Source: Terriglobia bacterium
Lineage (GTDB): Bacteria > Acidobacteriota > Terriglobia > Acidiferrales > UBA7541
Length of the DNA: 64,000 nucleotides
Assembly: GCA_963695545.1 (NCBI GenBank)
Contig: OY968796.1
Location: 672,001-736,000, forward strand
Direction: 5' to 3'
Position numbers and translations under genes: made by a program. This document shows, piece after piece, positions 1-8,053 of the stretch (the first letter of the stretch is position 1; each line of letters starts with the position of its first letter). The notes below the pieces were generated by a model. That model saw only the letters and a list, made by a program, of their open reading frames with translations. It ran no database searches and was not told the DNA's origin.

Positions 1-231
1 TCTGCCGCCCCTACGGGGCTGGTTCTGCGACGCGCGGGAAATTGAGCGGCGTAGCATGCGCCCCGGATGGAAAAGGTTGTGGACGCACTCGACGATCCGG
101 TGAATTCGAGCCACCGATCGCCATCGCTTACCGAATTACGAAGTAGCTCTGACGGCGAAATCGTTGTGTCGATCACGAGAGAGGCGTACGATTTGCCGGC
201 TATGACAACTCATTCGAGATATCGATTTGCA

Positions 232-1800
232 ATGAAATTTGCGGTGATTGCGGTGATTGCTGCGTGCGTCGTCGTTGTTGCGGCGCGGCAGGTGCCGGCT
301 GGCTCGGCTTCGTTGCCACTGGTGATTCAGACCGATAACGGCGCGGTGCAAGGGGCGCCGGGAACTGTGGCGGGCGTGCGGGCGTTCAAGGGGATTCCGT
401 TTGCGGCGCCGCCGGTGGGGGATTTGCGGTGGCGCGCGCCGCAGCCGGCGGCGGCGTGGAAGGGCACGCTGGACGCGACGCATTTTGGCGCGATCTGTCC
501 GCAGCATTTGCACACCCCGGGTTCGATTTCTTACTTCGATCCTGGTCCGCAGACGCCGAGCGAGGATTGCCTGACGCTGAATGTGTGGACGGCGGCGCGC
601 GCGGCGAGCGACAAGCTGCCGGTGATGGTGTGGATTTACGGCGGGGCGTTCGATCACGGCTCGAGCATGGAAAAATATTATTGGAGCGACGATCTGGCGC
701 ACAAGGGCGCGGTGGTGGTGACGTTCAATTACCGCGTGGGCGCGCTTGGATTTCTGGCGTATCCGGAGCTTTCGGCGGAGTCGGAACATCACACATCGGG
801 GAATTACGGGCTGCTGGACCAGATCGCGGCGCTGGAGTGGGTGCGTCGCAATATTGCGGCGTTTGGCGGCGATCCAAACAACGTGACGATTTTCGGGCAA
901 TCGGCGGGCGCGATGTCCGTGACGGACCTAACGGTTTCGCCGCTGGCGGCGGGGCTTTTCGGGCGCGCGATCGCGGAGAGCGGCGGGCTGGGACGCGCGC
1001 CGCGAAAATTGGCTGAGGCGGAAACCGCGGGAGTGGCGTGGGCGGCGTCAGTGGGAGCGAAAAATTTGGCGGATTTGCGGCGGCTGACGCCGGAACAATT
1101 AATCGCGGTGCCCGCGCCCGGCGGGCCGATTGTGGATGGGTACGTGATTCCGGACGATCCGGCGGCGATCTATCGCGCGGGGAAACAGGCCGATGTGCCG
1201 ATGATCTTCGGCTCAACCTCGAACGAAGGCGGGTTGAGCAAGATCACGATCACGGCTGCGGCGGCGCAGGCGAATGCGCAGACCTTGTATGGCGCGGACG
1301 CCGCCGCGTATCTTGCGCTGTATCCTGCGAGCACGGATGCGGAGGCGGTTGACTCGGCATACCTGTTTATTGCCGAGCGCGCGGCCGCGAACGAGCGGAC
1401 TTTGGCGCGTTTGGCGAGCACGACGGGCAAATCGCCGGTCTATTTGTATCGCTGGAGCCACGCGCTGCCGGAACCGGCGGACGCGAATTTCAGCGAGGGA
1501 CCAAATTCACAGTTTGGCGCGTACCATGCTTCGGAGCTGCTGTACGTGTTCGACGACCTGCATTTGAGAGATTGGCCGTGGACGGATGTGGATCGGCGGC
1601 TGGCGGATGAGATGTCGCAGTATTGGTTCAATTTCGCGGCGACGGGTAATCCGAATGGGGCTGGATTGCCGGTGTGGCCGGCGTTCGACGCGCAACATCC
1701 GATGATGATGAATTTTGGGGACGTGCCGGCGGCGGAGGCGGTGTCGCGGGCGGCGGCGCTGGATTTTATCGATGCGCATCCGGCGGCGATGCGGAGATAG
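232..1800 (+). CDS. Secreted type-B carboxylesterase/lipase family protein
   Basis: GIPFAAPPVGDLRW, EDCLTLNVW, WIYGGAF and nucleophile motif FGQSAG. Signal-peptide-like start MKFAVIAVI at ATG 232 (ATG 202 is an alternative; the ORF track starts at 67). Confidence 0.9.
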   Translation: MKFAVIAVIAACVVVVAARQVPAGSASLPLVIQTDNGAVQGAPGTVAGVRAFKGIPFAAPPVGDLRWRAPQPAAAWKGTLDATHFGAICPQHLHTPGSISYFDPGPQTPSEDCLTLNVWTAARAASDKLPVMVWIYGGAFDHGSSMEKYYWSDDLAHKGAVVVTFNYRVGALGFLAYPELSAESEHHTSGNYGLLDQIAALEWVRRNIAAFGGDPNNVTIFGQSAGAMSVTDLTVSPLAAGLFGRAIAESGGLGRAPRKLAEAETAGVAWAASVGAKNLADLRRLTPEQLIAVPAPGGPIVDGYVIPDDPAAIYRAGKQADVPMIFGSTSNEGGLSKITITAAAAQANAQTLYGADAAAYLALYPASTDAEAVDSAYLFIAERAAANERTLARLASTTGKSPVYLYRWSHALPEPADANFSEGPNSQFGAYHASELLYVFDDLHLRDWPWTDVDRRLADEMSQYWFNFAATGNPNGAGLPVWPAFDAQHPMMMNFGDVPAAEAVSRAAALDFIDAHPAAMRR

Positions 1801-1834
1801 GGCGCGCCGCGCGTACGTGAAGCAAAGGCAAGAT

Positions 1835-1857
1835 GGAGGCCTGAAGGCCTCCGCTAC
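1835..1857 (-). repeat. GTAG-type REP-like extragenic palindrome
   Basis: Minus strand reads GTAGC-GGAGGCC-TTCA-GGCCTCC: a GTAG tetranucleotide followed by a perfect 7-bp stem, in an intergenic position. Confidence 0.5.
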
Positions 1858-1951
1858 ATACACCGGCGGAACAATCCCAGACTAGGATACGAACGCGGAT
1901 TTGGAGCGCCGGACGCGGGGCTGTTAATATAGATAGGTTCCGAGAGACAAC

Positions 1952-3211
1952 ATGCTGATTCCGGCGGTCATCAACAAGAAAACATACGGCGTGCGCGTGG
2001 GGCACGTGATGGTGGGGGGCGGGGCGCCGGTCGTCGTGCAGTCGATGACGAATACGGATACGGCGGATGCTGCGTCGACGGCGAAGCAATGTATCGAGTT
2101 GTCGGAGGCGGGGTCGGAGCTGGTGCGCGTGACGGTGAATGTGCCGGAAGCGGCGGCGGCGGTGCCGGAGATCAAACGGCGGATGGTGGATGCGGGAGCG
2201 GCGGCTCCGCTGATCGGGGACTTTCATTACAACGGGCACATTTTGCTGACGAAAGACCCGGCGTGTGCGGCGGCGCTCGATAAATATCGCATCAATCCGG
2301 GGAACGTGGGCGCGGGGGCGCGGCGCGACGAACAATTTTCGACGATCTGCCGCATCGCGCGCGACAATGGCAAGCCGGTGCGCATCGGCGTGAATGGCGG
2401 CTCGCTGAATCAGGAATTGGTGATGCGCAAGATGCAGGAGAATACCGACGGCGATTTAGGGAAATCCTCGGACGACATACTGAACGAGTGCATGGTGCTT
2501 TCGGCGTTGGAATCGACCGAGCTGGCGCTGGAATCGGGGCTCACGCACGAACAGATCATTATTTCGTGCAAGGTGTCGAAACCGCAGAACTTGATCCGCG
2601 TGTATCGCAATCTGGCGAAGCGCACCGAGCAGCCGCTGCATCTTGGATTGACCGAAGCGGGGATGGGGATGAAGGGCGCGATCTGGTCGGCCACGGCGAT
2701 GGGGATTTTGCTGAATGAAGGCATCGGCGACACGATTCGGATTTCGCTGACGCCGGCGCCGGGCGGCGATCGGCGCGAGGAAGTGTACGCGTCGTGCGAA
2801 TTGCTGCAGGCGCTCGGGCTGCGCTCGTTCGCGCCGAGCGTGACGGCTTGCCCGGGATGCGGGCGCACGACGAGCACCACGTTTCAAGAATTGGCCGAAC
2901 ACGTTCAGGAATACATTCGCGACACGATGCCGGAGTGGAAGCTGAAGTACGAGGGCGTGGAGACGATGACCATGGCGGTGATGGGCTGCATCGTGAATGG
3001 GCCGGGGGAATCGAAGGCCGCGAATATTGGAATCAGCTTGCCGGGCACGGGCGAGGCGCCGCGGTGTCCGGTTTACATCGACGGAGAGAAAGTTGTGACG
3101 CTCGAGGGCAATTACGCCGAGCTGGCCGCGGCGTTCGAGACTTTGGTGAACAACTACGTGGCTGCGAAATACCCGCCGAAAGCGCCGGCGACGGCGCGCG
3201 TTTCTTCTTAG
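1952..3211 (+). CDS. ispG: (E)-4-hydroxy-3-methylbut-2-enyl-diphosphate synthase
   Basis: [35 protein letters not shown], and 4Fe-4S ligands CPGCGRT and [10 protein letters not shown]. Confidence 0.97.
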   Translation: MLIPAVINKKTYGVRVGHVMVGGGAPVVVQSMTNTDTADAASTAKQCIELSEAGSELVRVTVNVPEAAAAVPEIKRRMVDAGAAAPLIGDFHYNGHILLTKDPACAAALDKYRINPGNVGAGARRDEQFSTICRIARDNGKPVRIGVNGGSLNQELVMRKMQENTDGDLGKSSDDILNECMVLSALESTELALESGLTHEQIIISCKVSKPQNLIRVYRNLAKRTEQPLHLGLTEAGMGMKGAIWSATAMGILLNEGIGDTIRISLTPAPGGDRREEVYASCELLQALGLRSFAPSVTACPGCGRTTSTTFQELAEHVQEYIRDTMPEWKLKYEGVETMTMAVMGCIVNGPGESKAANIGISLPGTGEAPRCPVYIDGEKVVTLEGNYAELAAAFETLVNNYVAAKYPPKAPATARVSS

Positions 3212-3221
3212 GCAGACACCG

Positions 3222-3530
3222 ATGAAAATTTCACGCGAGGACGTCCTGAAGGTTGCGGCGCTGGCGTATCTGGAGCTTGGCGAAGACGAAGTGGAAATGT
3301 TCCGCAGCCAACTGGATTCGATTCTCAATTACGTCGCGAAGCTCGACGAGCTGGACACGTCGAGCGTGGAGCCGATGGCGCAGACGCTCGATTCGGGGAG
3401 CGCGAGCGCGGCGGGCACGCCGCTGCGCGATGATGTCGTGGTGCCGTGCGCGATCATCGACGAGGCTCTGGCGGCAGCGCCCGACCCGGCGCCGCCATTT
3501 TTCCGCGTGCCGAAAGTGATCGACCGATGA
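3222..3530 (+). CDS. gatC: Asp/Glu-tRNA amidotransferase subunit C
   Basis: ISREDVLKVAALAYLEL...ILNYVAKLDELDT...FFRVPKVI; directly upstream of gatA. Confidence 0.93.
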   Translation: MKISREDVLKVAALAYLELGEDEVEMFRSQLDSILNYVAKLDELDTSSVEPMAQTLDSGSASAAGTPLRDDVVVPCAIIDEALAAAPDPAPPFFRVPKVIDR

Positions 3531-4999
3531 CGGCGGCGGGGGCGGGGGCCAATGGGAGCGGTGACTGGACGATCGCGTCGGTGACGGCGGCGCTCGCGGC
3601 GAAGAAGATTTCGGCGCGGGAGCTGACGCGCGAGCACTACGAGCGCATTGCGCGGCGGAATCCGGAACTGAACGCGTTTCTCGCGCTGTGTCCGGAGCGG
3701 GCCTACGCACAGGCCGATCGCGTGGACGCGATGATCTCGGCGGGCGCGGCGTTGCCGGCGCTGGCGGGCGTGCCGATCGCGATAAAGGACGTGTTCACCA
3801 TGCGCGGCGTGCCGACCACGTGCGGTTCGCGCATCCTCGAAGGATATCGGCCGCCGTACGACGCGACGGCGGTCGAACGGCTCGAGGCGGCGGGGGCCAT
3901 ACTGCTCGGCAAAACGAACTGCGATGAATTTGCGATGGGCAGCTCGAATGAGAATTCGGCTTACGGGCCCGTGCGCAATCCTGTGGCGCTGGACCGCGTG
4001 CCGGGCGGATCGAGCGGCGGATCGGCGGCGGCCGTGGCGGCGGGGCTGGCGGTGGCGGCGCTGGGCTCGGACACGGGTGGATCGGTGCGGCAACCGGGAT
4101 CGTTCTGCGGGATACCGGCGCTTTTGCCGAGCTATGGGCGGATTTCGCGGTATGGGCTGATCGCGTTCGCGTCGTCGCTTGACCGCGTGGCGCCGTTTGC
4201 GCGAAACGTGCGGGATATTGCCGCGGTGCTCGACGTGATGGCGGGGCGCGACCCGAACGATTCGACTTCGGCTGCGGCGCCGGCGCCGAAGTCGCTTGCG
4301 GCGCTGGATCGGCCGTTCGCTGGGGTGCGCATCGGCGTGCCGACGGAGTGCTTCCCGGCGGGCATGAACGCGGCGGTGCGGGAGAAAGTGGAGGCGGGAA
4401 TCGCGCAACTGGAGCGGCTGGGATGTAAGCGCGTTCCGGTGCGTTTGCCGCACTCCGAGCACGCGATCGCGGCGTACTACATCATTGCCACGGCCGAGGC
4501 CAGCTCGAATTTGGCGCGCTACGATGGCGTGCGGTACGGGCTGCGGGTGCCGGGAGCGACGCTGGTCGAGATGTACCAGAAGACGCGCGGGCGCGGCTTT
4601 GGCAATGAGGTGAAGCGGCGGATTGTGCTCGGGACCTACGTGCTGTCGTCGGGCTATTACGACGCGTATTACTTGAAGGCGCAGAAGGTGCGCACGTTGA
4701 TCGCGCGCGATTTTGCGAATGCGTTTGCCGAAGTCGATTTGATCGTCACGCCGACTTCGCCTGTGCCGGCGTTTAAGCTGGGCGAGCGCTCCGACGACCC
4801 GCTTTCCATGTATTTGGCGGATATTTACACGGTCACGGGATCGCTGGCGGGGATCACCGGCATCTCCGTGCCGTGCGGTGCGACGGCCGACGGGCTGCCG
4901 ATTGGGATGCAAATCTACGCGCCGGCGTTCAGCGAGGACCGATTGCTGCAGGCCGCGCACGCGTTCGAACAAGCCCGGGCGAGGGCGCAAACGAACTGA
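3527..4999 (+). CDS. gatA: Asp/Glu-tRNA amidotransferase subunit A
   Basis: Amidase signature (KTNCDEFAMGSS, PGGSSGGSAAAVA, GSDTGGSVRQP) and GatA motifs EASSNLARYDG, EVKRRIVLGTYVLS. ATGA overlap with the gatC stop gives start 3527. Confidence 0.96.
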   Translation: MTAAGAGANGSGDWTIASVTAALAAKKISARELTREHYERIARRNPELNAFLALCPERAYAQADRVDAMISAGAALPALAGVPIAIKDVFTMRGVPTTCGSRILEGYRPPYDATAVERLEAAGAILLGKTNCDEFAMGSSNENSAYGPVRNPVALDRVPGGSSGGSAAAVAAGLAVAALGSDTGGSVRQPGSFCGIPALLPSYGRISRYGLIAFASSLDRVAPFARNVRDIAAVLDVMAGRDPNDSTSAAAPAPKSLAALDRPFAGVRIGVPTECFPAGMNAAVREKVEAGIAQLERLGCKRVPVRLPHSEHAIAAYYIIATAEASSNLARYDGVRYGLRVPGATLVEMYQKTRGRGFGNEVKRRIVLGTYVLSSGYYDAYYLKAQKVRTLIARDFANAFAEVDLIVTPTSPVPAFKLGERSDDPLSMYLADIYTVTGSLAGITGISVPCGATADGLPIGMQIYAPAFSEDRLLQAAHAFEQARARAQTN

Positions 5000-5175
5000 C
5001 GAGAAGTCGGTGGCGCGATGCGAGCGACGATGGCGCGCTTCAAGAAACCGTAAGGTTCGATGTAAATGCGTATAGTTTTTTCCCATGCCGGCACATTTTC
5101 CGCAAAAAGAACTCTGCAAAATCTAAAGAATTTGTCGCCGCGCAAGAATTATTTCGGCGTAACTAACGCACACAT

Positions 5176-5272
5176 CTGACTTTGCGCGTTGCGTCGCATG
5201 CCTCGGGTACTAGACGAATAGAACGGAAATACTATTGCTCTAGATTTTGTACGCCGAGTAGCATGCAGTCAG
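5176..5272. other. Long nested imperfect inverted repeat (candidate structured RNA leader or operator)
   Basis: Six nested Watson-Crick helices: CTGACT/AGTCAG, GCATGC/GCATGC, CTCGG/CCGAG, GTAC/GTAC, TAGA/TCTA, AATAG/CTATT (30 bp in total). Confidence 0.5.
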
Positions 5273-5313
5273 GGTTGAACGAAGCTGAACGAGGCGCGGC
5301 GGGTGAGGCAAGC

Positions 5314-5577
5314 ATGAGCGTCGTCGTAAAGTCGAGTCAAAAGATCTTCACGGCCGAAGAGATTTCTGGCCTCACGGGAATTTGCCTGGAACATCTGCGC
5401 GCCACCGCCCGCAACAAGCACCTGGGCTTCATCTCTTACGCAGCGCAAGCCGCGGAAGAACAAGTGGAAGCGGCGGGCAAGCAAGTGGAAGCCGCCAGCC
5501 GGCAGGTCGAGCAGTGGCTATTCACGAACTCCGACCTGATGGTGTTGGCAGTGCTGCAGCCACGCTGCGAGCACTAA
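5314..5577 (+). CDS. Small hypothetical protein, possible MerR/excisionase-like winged HTH
   Basis: GAGG Shine-Dalgarno before ATG 5314; FTAEEISGLTGICLEHLR resembles an HTH and FTNSDL a closing helix. Fold is inferred. Confidence 0.6.
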   Translation: MSVVVKSSQKIFTAEEISGLTGICLEHLRATARNKHLGFISYAAQAAEEQVEAAGKQVEAASRQVEQWLFTNSDLMVLAVLQPRCEH

Positions 5578-5700
5578 AGCAGCGCCTCCTGATCTAACCC
5601 CCAACGGACAATTTCGAACGTGCGCCGAAGTGTGCTCGTTCCGAGCCAGGCTAGGCGCGGCCCCTACGCTCACCTGTTTCGTCAAAGCGGCGCACGGTGG

Positions 5701-6774
5701 CTACTGCGTCGGCGGCATCGGCGTCTTGCCGGTGATCTCGTTATAGGCACGCTCGATGGCCAGCGGACTTCCGCCGGCAAAGCCGGGGATGCTGGAATAG
5801 CGGCTGAGGTCAATCGACTGCTTGGCCTGATCGAGAGTCATGCCCTTCGAGACGGCGTCGCGCACCGCGGCAACCATGTCCCGCATATAGGAAAGCAGCA
5901 ATTCGAGCTGCTGCTTGCCCTCCTCGACGTCGCCATGGCCGGGAATGGCGCGGTCCCAATCAAGCTTGTCGATCGATTCCAGGGTGGAGACGAGCTCGAC
6001 AGGATAGGAATCGCGCATGTTCGGGAAATTGAAGGTGAGCAGGTCGCCGGTGATCACGATTTTCTCTTTCGGGAGATAGACGACAGTCTCGCCACGCGTG
6101 TGAGCCAAACCGAAATGGTAGAGGCAAATGTCGCGATCGGGCGTGTGCAGGACGAGCGCGCGATCATAGGTGAGTGTGGGCGGGGTGATGCGAATCTGCG
6201 GAATCTCGGCGAGGTAGCCCTTCTGGAGCTCGAGTTGACGCACGATGCGCGCGCGAGCGTCGGGCGTGAGCGTCGCGCCTTGGGCGTCCTTGCCGTTGGC
6301 TAGGGTTTTTTCGAGCTGGGCGATCTGGTTCGGCAGGTCGGTCGAAAGCAATTGCTGCAGGGTGGCCGGATTCTTCGCCAGGATGTCTTCGCGTGTGGCT
6401 TGCTGCGCGATGATTTCGACGTCAGGACCGAAGGCTTCGACATAAGCCTGATTGCCCATCGAGTGGTCGGGGTGGAAGTGCGTGTTGACGACGTAGCGCA
6501 CGGGCTTCGGCGTCACCTGGCGGATCTCGGCAATGACTTCGCGCGCCCAACTGGGGCGCTCCTGGGTGTCCACGACGAGGACGTTGTCGCGGTTAATGAT
6601 GAACGTGCCGTTCCCGCCGAGAACGCCATTGATCGCGATAGCGGCGTAAACGTCGTCCGTCAACTGAACGAACTTGAAGGATGGCGGTTCCGGCGCCACC
6701 GGAACGGGCGCCTGCGCGCGCGCCGCCACACCAAAAACCGCCAACGCAGCAAGTGCCCAACGAATCGGTGGCAT
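5701..6774 (-). CDS. Secreted MBL-fold metallo-hydrolase
   Basis: THFHPDH metal motif, AHTRGE, ITGDL, IPGHG; signal peptide MPPIRWALAALAV with GAGGAG Shine-Dalgarno. Confidence 0.9.
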   Translation of the reverse strand: MPPIRWALAALAVFGVAARAQAPVPVAPEPPSFKFVQLTDDVYAAIAINGVLGGNGTFIINRDNVLVVDTQERPSWAREVIAEIRQVTPKPVRYVVNTHFHPDHSMGNQAYVEAFGPDVEIIAQQATREDILAKNPATLQQLLSTDLPNQIAQLEKTLANGKDAQGATLTPDARARIVRQLELQKGYLAEIPQIRITPPTLTYDRALVLHTPDRDICLYHFGLAHTRGETVVYLPKEKIVITGDLLTFNFPNMRDSYPVELVSTLESIDKLDWDRAIPGHGDVEEGKQQLELLLSYMRDMVAAVRDAVSKGMTLDQAKQSIDLSRYSSIPGFAGGSPLAIERAYNEITGKTPMPPTQ

Positions 6775-7018
6775 GGCGACTCCTCTCGCTTCAGGTTGTG
6801 CGCAAGTTTCCGGATACCGGCCAGCGAATCTAGCACGGGATTCTGCGAACCGCCATGTTGCATGGGCCATAGATGGGCTTACCATACCGAGTGGCGGAGC
6901 GGGCGCGCCCAACGCGGTTCGGAATGTACGCATCGAAACCTGTGACGAGCGATCCGGGGCAGTCGCAATGAGCCGGGTTAGTGTAAGAGAAGATAAGCAA
7001 GGTGGTCGCCAAGTCGCC

Positions 7019-8023
7019 ATGCGAAGCAAGACAACCAAATTCGCTCGATGGGTGAGATGGAGTTTCCAGCCGATTGCGTGGACGCTCGTGCTGGCAATGT
7101 GTGTTGGCGGCGCTACCGTTGGGCGAGCGCAGGACGCGCCGGAATCCTCAAATCCGCCCGCGCCGCCGCCGAGCGACGCGCAGGCCACAGTTCCAGCGCC
7201 GCTGCCACAGGGAAAGAAACTGGTGCTGAAGGACGGGACATTTCAGATTGCGCGCGAATATTCGATCGAGGGCGATCGCGTGCGCTACTGGAGCGTCGAG
7301 CGATCCGACTGGGAGGAGATCCCGGCGAACCTGGTGGACTGGGACGCGACGAAAAAGGCTGAGGCGGACGAGCAGCAGAAGGAACAGGAGCTCGCGGAAA
7401 GGAATCGCGAGCGCATCCTGGCCGAAGAGACTAAGGGCGTCGATCAAGTGGATGCGAGTCTCGAAGTGCGTCCGGGGCTGCTTATGCCCGAAGGCGTCGG
7501 CATGTTCGTGCTGGCGAACCGGCAGTTCGTGGCGCTGAAGCAGGATCAAGCTCAATCGAAAACCGACGTCGGGCGGGAAGTCGAAAAGACCCTTTCGGGA
7601 ATATCCGTGATTCCCTCGAAGCATCGAATCGAGCTGCCTGGCAAGCACGCCGACCTGCGACTAAGCACCGGCGAACTGGAATTCTTCATGCGCACGGCCG
7701 ATCAACGCGAGCCGCGGATGATACTGGTGCGCGCGCAACAGCGGGGAGACAATCGCGTGCTCGAAACGGAGAGCACTTCGGCAGTAGAGGACGCCACGGA
7801 CAAAGGCGACGACATTTCGACGCTGCTTTGGGACCTGGCGCCGGGCGTTTATCGCTTCACGATCGATCAGGATTTGCCGCCAGGAGAATACGCGTTCGTC
7901 GAGAAGACTTCGGACGGAATCGACATCAACGTGTGGGATTTCGGCGTGGACGCGACGGGCAAGTCCGGGTCGGCCTCACCCACGGCCGCAGCGCCGAGTA
8001 GCGCGGCGGCGGCAAAACCCTGA
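7019..8023 (+). CDS. Exported hypothetical protein
   Basis: Signal-like N-terminus, Pro-rich linker, KLVLKDG...VRYWSVERSDWEEIP domain, short coiled coil; codon usage like neighbouring genes. Confidence 0.75.
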   Translation: MRSKTTKFARWVRWSFQPIAWTLVLAMCVGGATVGRAQDAPESSNPPAPPPSDAQATVPAPLPQGKKLVLKDGTFQIAREYSIEGDRVRYWSVERSDWEEIPANLVDWDATKKAEADEQQKEQELAERNRERILAEETKGVDQVDASLEVRPGLLMPEGVGMFVLANRQFVALKQDQAQSKTDVGREVEKTLSGISVIPSKHRIELPGKHADLRLSTGELEFFMRTADQREPRMILVRAQQRGDNRVLETESTSAVEDATDKGDDISTLLWDLAPGVYRFTIDQDLPPGEYAFVEKTSDGIDINVWDFGVDATGKSGSASPTAAAPSSAAAAKP

Positions 8024-8053
8024 ACAAATTTTGACGCGACGGTTGGGACGGCT

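Noticed and set aside
3329..5119. 596-aa minus-strand ORF, and similar Arg-rich ORFs such as 51960-53939 and 34349-36016
   Set aside because: Antisense shadows of confidently identified genes (gatA, dnaJ/hspR, YceI region).
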